Part shown: positions 1 to 8,613 of the stretch, in pieces
How positions within the stretch are numbered: position 1 is the stretch's first letter
Layout: every line of letters begins with the position of its first letter
IMG/VR virus record: IMGVR_UViG_3300017569_000129
Location: 488-64,487 of that record
DNA: 64,000 nt
Origin: a virus
Lineage: Duplodnaviria > Caudoviricetes
Strand: one strand, 5' to 3'
The notes under the pieces: model-generated
What the model was told of the DNA's origin: nothing
Seen by the model: the letters and a program-made list of their open reading frames with translations, nothing else
Databases searched by the model: none
Program-made: the position numbers and the translations under genes

Positions 1-2
1 TC

Positions 3-56
3 AAGGAGTTCAACGGCGTTGTCAGGCAGGCGATATACTGGGAAGAGTTAAAATAA
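3..56 (+). CDS. 3' end of upstream tail-fibre-associated protein (partial, ...IYWEELK)
   Basis: Open frame from the window edge to TAA at 54-56; C-terminal WEEL motif shared with the next gene. Confidence 0.55.
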   Translation, partial: KEFNGVVRQAIYWEELK

Positions 57-103
57 CAGGCAATTACAGATTTCCATAATACTCATTTTTTAATTAAGGC
101 GAT

Positions 104-865
104 ATGACTTTAGTAAAATTCATTACAGGCGCGAGAGCCAAGTATGACGCTCTCGCATCAAAGGAGACAGGGGCGATTTACTTCTTGACAGACACTGGCG
201 AGATTATCAAGGACGGCGTGAACTACGGCACAAGCAGTGACACCGCAGCCCTCATCAACGAGAAGTTCAAGGACGCGAGCTATGACAGCTCGACAGGCAA
301 CCTGGTTTTCACCAAAGGCGACGGCACCACAGTAGAGGTGGCTATCCCGAAAGAGGTCAAAATCAACGCCAATGACACTATCCTGAGCTATGACAGCGAC
401 GGCTTGAAGGCTACTGTCTCAGTGGTTAAGCTCGCCACGGCTTCTGACGGCTACGCTTCAAGCTACCAGCTTCAGGACAAGGACGGCAACGCTTTGGGCG
501 TAACCATTGACATCCCGAAGGACATGGTAGTGAGCGCAGGAGAGGTGAAGACGGTGGCAACGGCTGACGACCCCTACACAGGAGCGGCAGTAGGCGACAA
601 GTACATCGACCTCACCATAGCCAACGCCGCAAGCAGCCACATCTACATCCCTGTGGACAGCCTTGTTGACGTGTATAAGGCAGGCAACGGCGTAGCCATA
701 GCTGATGACAACACCATCTCAGTGAAGATTGACGCCACATCAGACAGCTACCTCACTGTAGGGGCTGACGGCGTTAAGCTCTCAGGAGTGGCAGAGAAGC
801 TGACCTCTCTTGAGGCTGGTGTAACAGCAAACACTGAGCGGCTCACTTGGGAAGAGTTGGCGTAA
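104..865 (+). CDS. Tail fibre / structural protein (253 aa)
   Basis: Motifs seen in Bacteroidota phage fibres (IDIPKDMVV, IYIPVDSLVDVY, AGNGVAI..NTISVK, LTVGADGVKLSG); ends WEELA. Confidence 0.65.
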   Translation: MTLVKFITGARAKYDALASKETGAIYFLTDTGEIIKDGVNYGTSSDTAALINEKFKDASYDSSTGNLVFTKGDGTTVEVAIPKEVKINANDTILSYDSDGLKATVSVVKLATASDGYASSYQLQDKDGNALGVTIDIPKDMVVSAGEVKTVATADDPYTGAAVGDKYIDLTIANAASSHIYIPVDSLVDVYKAGNGVAIADDNTISVKIDATSDSYLTVGADGVKLSGVAEKLTSLEAGVTANTERLTWEELA

Positions 866-901
866 CAAGATTTAAAAACACACTTGCTTAACAATTAACA
901 G

Positions 902-942
902 AGAGGGGTATTGGGAGCTTCAAGGAGTCCTCAATACCCTTT
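902..942 (+). terminator. Intergenic hairpin, possible terminator or processing site
   Basis: GGGTATTG...CAATACCC stem followed by TTTAACTTT. Confidence 0.45.
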
Positions 943-963
943 AACTTTAAAAACACAAACATT

Positions 964-1329
964 ATGGCAGGAGCAACATTTACACCAGAAGTAGGAGACG
1001 CATCAACAACAGTAAAGAACAGCAAGAGCTTGTTAGTGTATGCCCAAACAGAGGAGGCGTACTTGACAGCCTTGAGCAACGGCACAATAACCCAGAGCGC
1101 GGTTGTCTTCGTGAAGGACACCAAGAGCATTTGGACGCACGGGACGGAGTTTCCGGGCCCTTACACAGAAGCTGAGATAAGCACACTGTTAGCTTCCAAG
1201 CAGGACGCGTTAACGGCAGGAGACCTGATCTCCATCAGCGGCAACACTATAAGCACCACAGCCACGGCGGACAGCGCCATTTCAGAGAGTGATGTCACAG
1301 AGCTGTGCACGTCAGTCTTAGAAAGCTGA
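964..1329 (+). CDS. Tail fibre-associated protein (121 aa)
   Basis: VVFVKDTKSIWTHG and KQDALTAG..ISISGNTIS fibre motifs; C-terminal AISESDVTEL. Confidence 0.6.
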   Translation: MAGATFTPEVGDASTTVKNSKSLLVYAQTEEAYLTALSNGTITQSAVVFVKDTKSIWTHGTEFPGPYTEAEISTLLASKQDALTAGDLISISGNTISTTATADSAISESDVTELCTSVLES

Positions 1330-1366
1330 GAAGGCGATTAATGTTTAACAGTCAAATATTAAGGAC

Positions 1367-1456
1367 ATGACAGAATTTGTTTCAAAAGAAGACCTGCAGA
1401 AGGTTTTGGAAGCCATGAAGGAGTATATAGACAAGAAACTTGGCAGCTCCAACTGA
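1367..1456 (+). CDS. 29-aa mini-protein MTEFVSKEDLQKVLEAMKEYIDKKLGSSN (not in ORF track)
   Basis: ATG at 1367 to TGA at 1454-1456; similar to the N-termini of the next two genes. Confidence 0.6.
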   Translation: MTEFVSKEDLQKVLEAMKEYIDKKLGSSN

Positions 1457-1491
1457 CAATTAACTTAATTAATAACTTAAACTTAAATATT

Positions 1492-1932
1492 ATGGCAGAG
1501 TATTTAGACAAAGCTGGGCTTAAAGTAGCCCTCAGCAAACTTAAAGATTATGTGGATAGTAAAGCTGATGAAGCTGGAGGGGGGGGGATGATTAGTATTG
1601 TTAAGGGTGATAAGTTTAGTGATTTCTCACTTGGTACTAGATATATGTACAAAACACTTGTTGCAAATGACTATATAGTTTCAAGTGACGACTATTGCGC
1701 TTACGGCGTATATGCTGATAATGAGTGTATTGCTGTTATGATTGTATATAAGAATATTAAAGGCAATCCAGCTGGTATTCATGTATGGGGTATAGATTCC
1801 ACTATTACTACATATATTACTTCTAAAGAGTATGGAACGAGCAGTAGGTACTATCCTGTAATTCAGTTTAACCCATCAGATAGCTATGATGAAAACACTA
1901 CTTACACCTTATACAAAGTAACATTAGAATAA
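1492..1932 (+). CDS. Putative fibre-tip / receptor-binding protein (146 aa)
   Basis: N-terminal MAEYLDKAGL..LKDYVD head, G9 tract, then AT-rich Tyr/beta-rich domain. Confidence 0.55.
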   Translation: MAEYLDKAGLKVALSKLKDYVDSKADEAGGGGMISIVKGDKFSDFSLGTRYMYKTLVANDYIVSSDDYCAYGVYADNECIAVMIVYKNIKGNPAGIHVWGIDSTITTYITSKEYGTSSRYYPVIQFNPSDSYDENTTYTLYKVTLE

Positions 1933-1940
1933 ACATAAAC

Positions 1941-1980
1941 TTAAACATTAAATTAAACATTAAATTAAACATTAAATTAA
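1941..1980. repeat. Tandem repeat (TTAAACATTAAA) x ~3.3 in the translation initiation region
   Basis: Read directly at 1941-1980. Confidence 0.85.
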
Positions 1981-1987
1981 TAATATT

Positions 1988-2503
1988 ATGGCAGAGTATT
2001 TAGATATTAACGGAGCTAAGACGCTCCTTACAGGAGTTAAGAAGTATATTAATAGTAATGCAGTGGGAGGTGTAGCGTTTGACTTGACGCAGTTTACGCC
2101 TGCTGTAGCTAATTTCTCGGAGACGACCAACAGCAGCACATATGTCACTATAACAGTTACTGATGACGTGAACCTTGTTTATTTGACTTCAGACGCAGAT
2201 GAGGCCTACAACAATCTAACAAAGGAGTTAGTTATTCCAGAAAACAAGGAGGTACTGATAAGCATAGATATTGTATTCTTTGATGCTGATGGAGGAAACT
2301 ATTTTAAAATAAATGGAAAAACAATGAATGATGTTTTTGCTAAACATACTTCATCAGCTTATATTAATAACCTTATCCTCACTGCAATGTATAACGGCAC
2401 TAATCTTATACTTAATTTTCTTGGGCAATATAAGATTGTAACTACAGCAAATTCAAATAGTTATAAATCTTATGTTCCAATTAACATGATATATGTGCTG
2501 TAA
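1988..2503 (+). CDS. Putative fibre-tip / receptor-binding protein (171 aa)
   Basis: N-terminal MAEYLDINGA..VKKYIN head paralogous to 1492..1932; dissimilar C-terminal domain. Confidence 0.55.
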   Translation: MAEYLDINGAKTLLTGVKKYINSNAVGGVAFDLTQFTPAVANFSETTNSSTYVTITVTDDVNLVYLTSDADEAYNNLTKELVIPENKEVLISIDIVFFDADGGNYFKINGKTMNDVFAKHTSSAYINNLILTAMYNGTNLILNFLGQYKIVTTANSNSYKSYVPINMIYVL

Positions 2504-2565
2504 GGAGTGTTAAACGTATAATAATAACAATCAATTAACCAATTAATAATGAAAGGAAACATGCA

Positions 2566-3006
2566 ATGGCAGGTGTGATTAAGTATAAGAAGTACCAGCT
2601 GAAGAGGGACGGCTCGAAGTACAACGGGCTGTGGTACGGCAGGGCTTTTCAAGACCGCACTGTTGAGTTTGACGATTTTGTTGAGCATGTTACGAGCCAT
2701 AACTCTGCTTACTCGCGCGGTCTTATTCAAGGAGTGCTGCTTGACGCTCTCGACTGCCTCAAGGAGTTAGTGCTTGACGGAAAGAAAGTAAGGTTAGGCG
2801 ACATAGGGCTGTTCTTCGTCGGGCTTGAGACCACAGGGGCTGAGACTCGGGATGACTTCACGGTGAAGAACATAAAGGGCGTTCACTTGAACGTGATGAA
2901 CACTAAGACGTGGAGCGACAAGGAGCTGCGCACGAGGGCTTCGATACAGGAGTATGACGAGTACGACCCCGAGGAGAAAACAACGACAGAAGAAGAGGGC
3001 GCGTAA
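2566..3006 (+). CDS. Bacteroidota-type HU/IHF-like DNA-binding protein
   Basis: WYGRA, SAYSRG.IQGVL and ELVLDGKKVRLGDIGLF motifs. Confidence 0.85.
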   Translation: MAGVIKYKKYQLKRDGSKYNGLWYGRAFQDRTVEFDDFVEHVTSHNSAYSRGLIQGVLLDALDCLKELVLDGKKVRLGDIGLFFVGLETTGAETRDDFTVKNIKGVHLNVMNTKTWSDKELRTRASIQEYDEYDPEEKTTTEEEGA

Positions 3007-3148
3007 AGGTGAAAAGGTGAAAACCGCATAGCAACTCGCTCGGAGTTGGATAGCAACTCATGCCGAGTTAGTATTAAACAAGACCTGCTCCCCTTAAAGG
3101 GAACATGGCGCTAAGCATGATAAAGCCGCTCCAGCTGACTTTACGAGT

Positions 3149-3186
3149 AAGGGAATATAAGTGAAACGCTTATGTTCCCTTTTTAA
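3149..3186 (+). terminator. Rho-independent terminator after the HU gene
   Basis: AAGGGAATATAAGTG-AAA-CGCTTATGTTCCCTT followed by a T-run. Confidence 0.8.
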
Positions 3187-3199
3187 TTTCCTAAAGGAT

Positions 3200-3230
3200 G
3201 TTTCCTATAGGAAACGAATGATTATTTTTG
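3200..3230 (+). promoter_or_regulatory. Bacteroidota -7 promoter element (TATTTTTG, 3223-3230) preceded by a perfect 16-bp palindrome GTTTCCTATAGGAAAC
   Basis: Matches TAnnTTTG directly upstream of the cargo operon. Confidence 0.5.
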
Positions 3231-3240
3231 CCGCAAAAAC

Positions 3241-6200
3241 ATGGCTATGAGAAAAAAGGACAAGCTATACACCGTAAACAAATGGAACAAGAACCTGTTT
3301 GGGGGCGGCGCCAATATGGACAGCAGCGGCTCAGGCGGCACTGTATATAATATGGGGCAGGGGCTTAACTATAACGGACAGGGCTTCAACTGGACGAACA
3401 TTACTCCTGTTGTGGGCTGGAACCAGTATAACAAGCAGTCAATGTCATTAACCCCCAACGCCAATATAAACAGCAACGCCTTGGGTACGACAGGCAACAC
3501 CGCCGACACTGGCTCAAGGGATGAGACTTCATTAGGAGAAGCTAAAGACATAACCTATACTGACAACACCCCCCGCACACAAGGAGCTTTTGGAAACAAC
3601 AGCCTGCTGCAGGACGTGGGCACGGGAATAGCCCAGTACGCTAAGAACGCGCTTAACGGCACTGCCACAGGAACAGCGGCCAAGAGCGTTACCGCCCTGA
3701 CAAACCCTGTAGCCAATATTGCCGCAAACAACGCAGGCACTTATGCGGGAACAGTCGCCGCTAACGCAGCTCTAAGCGAGGGACGGAACGCCCTCAGCCA
3801 GCAAGCGGCCAACTTCGGCAAGGATGCGTTTGGCAAGAGCTTTGAGGACACTCTGACAGAGAACGCCCTAAGCTCCACCGCAAAGACGGGCACAGGGTTC
3901 TCAAGCCTGTTCGGAGCTGACAAGCTAAGCTCAGCGGAAAGCGCGGGCATAGGATTGGGAGCCTCAGTGGTGGGGGGCATAGGCAAGAGCCTGATAAGCG
4001 ACGGCTACAGCACCCCCACAGGAAACACCATAGCGCAGGTAGGCAACCTCGCCGGAGGCGTGGTGGGAGCTATTAACCCGGTGGTAGGCGGCATAGTGAC
4101 ATTGGCAGGCAACGTGGTAGGCGGTCTTGTGAACAGAGGCTGGGGACACCAGACATACGGCGTGGGTGAAGCCAAGAACTACCTTAACCAGACAAGCGGA
4201 ACAAAGGTGGCAGGCAGCAACAATGACATTGAGAGCATAGCCTCACAGCTGACGCCCGCCAAGAGAGTGACCTACAGGGACGGCTGGTTCACCGACAAGG
4301 GAGAGAATGAGGCTAAGGAGTGGAACAACAAGCTGAAGGCGGCTGAGGAGTTCACTGACAGGTCAGTAAACAACGCCGCAGCCAACAACATAGCGCAGGA
4401 GCAGCAGAGACTCCTGACCAGCTACTACGGCAGCGGAGGAAAATTAGGAAAGGACAAAGGAAAAGATATGGGCATAAACGTATTTTGGAGAGAGCCGTCA
4501 CTGTTCGGCTTAGGCGGAGTGGCTCAGACCCACGGAGGCAACTTCAGCAACGGCGTGAAGCAGATTAACGCGGGAGGAAGCCATGAGACCAATCCCAACG
4601 AGGGAGTGCAGATGAGCGTTGACAGCGAGGGCACGCCCAACATGGTTGAAGAAGGCGAGGCAGTATGGAATGACTTTGTGTTCTCAAACAGGATTAACGT
4701 GCCGAAAGCTGTCAAGCGGAAATACGGCATAAGGGGAACAAGGGACATCACCTTCGCCGACGCTGCCAAACAGCTGCAAAAAGAAAGCGAGGAGCGTCCT
4801 AACGACCCTATAAGCAAGGCAGGACTTGACGCGGCTTTGGAGGGGCTCGCCAACGAGCAGGAGACGCTGAAGCAGGAGACAGCGGCTAAGGAAGCGCAAA
4901 AGGAGTTCATGAGCCTCAGTCCTCAAGAGCAGCAGGCCGTTATGCAGGAACTTGCCGCAAGGCAGCAGGCGGCGCAAGAGCAGGCGGTAGCCCAGCAGCA
5001 ACAGCAAGTGTCGCCAGAGCAGCAGGAGATGCTCCAGCAGCAGGCTATGCAAGAGCAAGCCATGCAGGAACAGGCTATGGCACAGCAGCCCCAGCCTAAC
5101 ATAAGCGCGTATGGAGGAAGGGTAAACAAATACGGATTTGGAGACCTGTTGGCAAAGTACTTCCCAGGGTGGTCTTACACAGACCTTGCAAACAAAGTGT
5201 ATGACGCCAACAAGGACACGTTAGGAGACAAAGACACATGGTTGAAAGCTAACGGCGATGTGTCAAAGTGGGACGAGGCCACGTTCCTGCCATTGCTTCA
5301 AAACGCATGGTACGCCAATGACCCCTTGGCAAAGAACAGCCAAGCCCGGCTGAACTTCACGCCAACAAGCACTTGGAATCCGTTGGTCATAGCGAACAAA
5401 GCGGCGGACAGCCCTTATTGGGACGCTGCAGCAGGCAGCCCCAAAGCAGACTGGTACGGAGTGATAAACGAGAGTGACTTTGCCAATGACCCAGCTTTCT
5501 TAGAGCTTTCTGCAGAAGACAGAAAGCTGACAGGAAATAAATTAGCTAAAGCCCTTGAAAAGACAAAAGCCTACCAAAACTTCAGGAACTACCTGAAGAG
5601 TGATGAGAAAGAGGCTTTGGCATGGTTAGGGAACTTGGCGGAAAACGGCAGCAAATACGCAGGCAACAGAGTAAAGAGAAACGCTGACGGCACTTACTCA
5701 TGGGCAGGAAACTACAAGTTCTCAGACTTTGACAAGATGCTTCAGGACATAAGCTACGACGCGGACAAGAACACGCAGAACGGACGTAACACAGCTTTAA
5801 GCATAGGGCATCTCACTTCCTCCCCTAAGATACAGTGGCAGAAGAGGGCTTACCTGCAAGACGCTGACGGCAACTTGACACAGATAACAGCCCCCACGGA
5901 CGAGTATGAGCTTATAAACAAAGACCCATACCAGACCACCATAGACGGAGTTAACTACCAAGACAGCTACTACAAGCTGAAGGGGACAGGCAAGGGCAAA
6001 GCTGACGGCAAAGCAGCCGAGTTCCAGGAGTTAGAGCCTGTGCACAAGGCGGAATGGCCGAGGTATTTGGGACTCATGGGACCAGCTGTAGGCTTGGGAC
6101 TGCAAATGGCAGGTGTGGGAAAACCCAACTACGCGGACTTGGACGCGGCGGTGAGCGCCAGCGGAGTTACACCTATAATGGCGAAGTACAGGCCTATAGG

Positions 6201-6798
6201 AGATTATATGAAGTACAGACCGTTTGACAGGGACTACTACACCAACAAGCTGAACGCACAGGCGGGAGCCACGAGAAGAGCGCTGCTTAACTCAGGAAGC
6301 TCGCCGTCAAGGGGAGCGCAGATATTAGCAGCGGACTACAACCATGTGGGCAGGCTTGGTGACTTGGCAAGGCAAGGCGAGGAGTACAACCTCGGACAGA
6401 GAGAAAAGGTGGCCACCTTCAACAGGGGGACAAACCAGTTTAACGCAGAAGCCTTCAACAGGGCGGCCCTGCAGTACGCCTCAGACTACAACAAGCAAAA
6501 GCAGTTTAACGCGCAGATGCAGATGCAGGCGGCGCAAATGAAAGACAACTCAAGAGCCAGCTGGTACAACTCCCTATATGGCAACATAGGGCAGTTGGGA
6601 GCAGGCCTGAGCAGCTTGGGCAAGGAGAACGCTCAGCATAACATGATAGCCGACATGGCAGCGCAGGGACTGTTCGGAGTGATAGACCCCAACAGCCCTA
6701 TGGGAATGAGAGTCGTAAGATTTAAGGACGCTAACAAGGACACCAAGTCAAGAGGCGGCAGAATAAACAAAAGGAAGAGAGGAGGACTGACATACTAA
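3241..6798 (+). CDS. crAss-like virion cargo/ejection protein (1185 aa)
   Basis: GGSHETNPNEGVQM..VEEGE..DFVFSNR motif as in crAss-like structural genes; Gly-rich hydrophobic segments; Gln-rich linker. Confidence 0.7.
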   Translation: MAMRKKDKLYTVNKWNKNLFGGGANMDSSGSGGTVYNMGQGLNYNGQGFNWTNITPVVGWNQYNKQSMSLTPNANINSNALGTTGNTADTGSRDETSLGEAKDITYTDNTPRTQGAFGNNSLLQDVGTGIAQYAKNALNGTATGTAAKSVTALTNPVANIAANNAGTYAGTVAANAALSEGRNALSQQAANFGKDAFGKSFEDTLTENALSSTAKTGTGFSSLFGADKLSSAESAGIGLGASVVGGIGKSLISDGYSTPTGNTIAQVGNLAGGVVGAINPVVGGIVTLAGNVVGGLVNRGWGHQTYGVGEAKNYLNQTSGTKVAGSNNDIESIASQLTPAKRVTYRDGWFTDKGENEAKEWNNKLKAAEEFTDRSVNNAAANNIAQEQQRLLTSYYGSGGKLGKDKGKDMGINVFWREPSLFGLGGVAQTHGGNFSNGVKQINAGGSHETNPNEGVQMSVDSEGTPNMVEEGEAVWNDFVFSNRINVPKAVKRKYGIRGTRDITFADAAKQLQKESEERPNDPISKAGLDAALEGLANEQETLKQETAAKEAQKEFMSLSPQEQQAVMQELAARQQAAQEQAVAQQQQQVSPEQQEMLQQQAMQEQAMQEQAMAQQPQPNISAYGGRVNKYGFGDLLAKYFPGWSYTDLANKVYDANKDTLGDKDTWLKANGDVSKWDEATFLPLLQNAWYANDPLAKNSQARLNFTPTSTWNPLVIANKAADSPYWDAAAGSPKADWYGVINESDFANDPAFLELSAEDRKLTGNKLAKALEKTKAYQNFRNYLKSDEKEALAWLGNLAENGSKYAGNRVKRNADGTYSWAGNYKFSDFDKMLQDISYDADKNTQNGRNTALSIGHLTSSPKIQWQKRAYLQDADGNLTQITAPTDEYELINKDPYQTTIDGVNYQDSYYKLKGTGKGKADGKAAEFQELEPVHKAEWPRYLGLMGPAVGLGLQMAGVGKPNYADLDAAVSASGVTPIMAKYRPIGDYMKYRPFDRDYYTNKLNAQAGATRRALLNSGSSPSRGAQILAADYNHVGRLGDLARQGEEYNLGQREKVATFNRGTNQFNAEAFNRAALQYASDYNKQKQFNAQMQMQAAQMKDNSRASWYNSLYGNIGQLGAGLSSLGKENAQHNMIADMAAQGLFGVIDPNSPMGMRVVRFKDANKDTKSRGGRINKRKRGGLTY

Positions 6799-6799
6799 C

Positions 6800-8611
6800 A
6801 TGGCAAATTACTCATTAGTTGTTGGAAGCAGTTTCAGCCCGTTCACGTTCCAGGAGATGCTCACTCCCTACGCTACATACAAGCAGGAGTATGAGAACAT
6901 GGAGCAGAACTATGAGGCTATACAGGACAAGGCGGACAAGTTCAAGTACTTGTCGGAGAACCTGCCAGAAGACAGCAAGGCTCGGCAGATATACGAGGGC
7001 TACGCCAATGACCTCAACAGCATGGCTGACGACGTGCTGAAGAGAGGGCTGAACATGAGCAACCGCAGAGGGCTGATGTCCTTGAAGAGGAGGTATGCCG
7101 GGGAGATTGGGAGATTAGAGCAGGCAGACACTTTAAAGAAAGCACAGATAGAGGAGCAGCGGAAAGCGCTGCTTCAGAACCCCACACTGCTGTTCAGCAG
7201 GAACGCGCAAGTGTCCTCAATAGATGACTACTTGGATAATCCTGACATGAGCTATACCCCTTATAGCGGAGCGTTGCTGACACAAAGGACAGCGCAGGCA
7301 GCGTCAGCCCTTGCCAAGAGCCTCAGGGAATACGGACAGGGCAAGGCTTTGGACAATTATACAAGCACATGGCTGCAACAGCATGGCTTCACGGCAGGGG
7401 AAGTGATGCAGGCTATCAACAACCCTGATGACCCAAACAGCTCAAAAGTGCTTAACAGCATTGTGGAGAATGCGGTGCAAAGCACGCCTATTCCGCAATG
7501 GGGAGACAAAGGCACGCTTGACCAAGCGTACAGATACGCAAGGGAAGGGCTATGGCAAGCCGTAGGGCAGACACAGGTATCACCTATGGAGAACTATGAA
7601 GCAAGGCTGCAGGCTCAAATGAGAAAAGAAAGCCAAGACAATAACTTAAATGGGTACAATTCAAACTTTAATCCTTTACCTTTAAGGTCTCAACAAGAAG
7701 TAAGCAATGTTAATAAAGAAATAGAAAAGTATAAGAAATATTTTTATACAGACGCTCATGGGCGCACCTTACTTACTCCTGAAGGACTTAGAGAATACAG
7801 AAACACGAAGAAAAGACCGTCAGGAACTGCTTTGTATCAAGCCCAATATGGGAAAACTGATTCAAAAGCTGTGTATTATATGGAATCAGATTTTAAAAGA
7901 TTCTTAGACAGAATAGGAGGAGGCAAATATATTGGAAAGGGTCAAAATGATTGGCAACCTGGTAATATAGGCAATGTCTGGAATAGATATATATCATCCC
8001 ATAAGGCAGATTCTTATGATACCTATCACTCTACAGAGTATTATAAACCAGTAACAGGGGATGAAGCTGCTAATTGGACAGCACAAATTATGGGAGCCTC
8101 AACAGACTCTGACGGAACAATAATTCTTCAGCCTGTAGATTTCGCAGCGCAAAAAGGTTGGGTAAATACAAATAACGCTATTAAAGGTGAAGATGTAAAT
8201 AACTTTAAGGTAGTGGGAATTAGTGGAAGCTATTGGGGAGGTACTGCTAAAATGGTAAATGAAAAAACAGGAAAGTCCATAAGAGTTCCTCTTAATATGG
8301 GCAATATAAACACTACCGCTAAAGAAAATTCTCAAAATTTCTATAACGAAGCAGATATATGGGGAGCAGTAGCTTCTTCTTCAGTAAAGCCAAAAACAAA
8401 AACTATTTATGATGATTACGGAAATCCTCATGTTCAAATAGTTTATGATGAAAAAGGCAATATCGTTTGGACTAAAGAAAAAATGACAGACGCAAATAAA
8501 ATATATGCGAAACAAAGACAGTCTGAAGCTGCCCAAATGGGGACTAATTCTTTATTTACAGGAGTAACACCTTCTAAAAATACAACAATTACATTAAAAC
8601 CAATGTGGTAA
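6800..8611 (+). CDS. crAss-like virion cargo protein (603 aa)
   Basis: Long ORF coupled to both neighbours; SFSPFTFQEML N-terminus and helical N-terminal half. Confidence 0.6.
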   Translation: MANYSLVVGSSFSPFTFQEMLTPYATYKQEYENMEQNYEAIQDKADKFKYLSENLPEDSKARQIYEGYANDLNSMADDVLKRGLNMSNRRGLMSLKRRYAGEIGRLEQADTLKKAQIEEQRKALLQNPTLLFSRNAQVSSIDDYLDNPDMSYTPYSGALLTQRTAQAASALAKSLREYGQGKALDNYTSTWLQQHGFTAGEVMQAINNPDDPNSSKVLNSIVENAVQSTPIPQWGDKGTLDQAYRYAREGLWQAVGQTQVSPMENYEARLQAQMRKESQDNNLNGYNSNFNPLPLRSQQEVSNVNKEIEKYKKYFYTDAHGRTLLTPEGLREYRNTKKRPSGTALYQAQYGKTDSKAVYYMESDFKRFLDRIGGGKYIGKGQNDWQPGNIGNVWNRYISSHKADSYDTYHSTEYYKPVTGDEAANWTAQIMGASTDSDGTIILQPVDFAAQKGWVNTNNAIKGEDVNNFKVVGISGSYWGGTAKMVNEKTGKSIRVPLNMGNINTTAKENSQNFYNEADIWGAVASSSVKPKTKTIYDDYGNPHVQIVYDEKGNIVWTKEKMTDANKIYAKQRQSEAAQMGTNSLFTGVTPSKNTTITLKPMW

Positions 8612-8613
8612 TT

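Noticed and set aside
1367-2503. DGR or invertible shufflon diversifying the tail tips
   Set aside because: No reverse transcriptase, TR/VR pair, invertase or inverted recombination sites in the window
3028-3071. Mini CRISPR array
   Set aside because: Only two adjacent 22-bp units with no spacers
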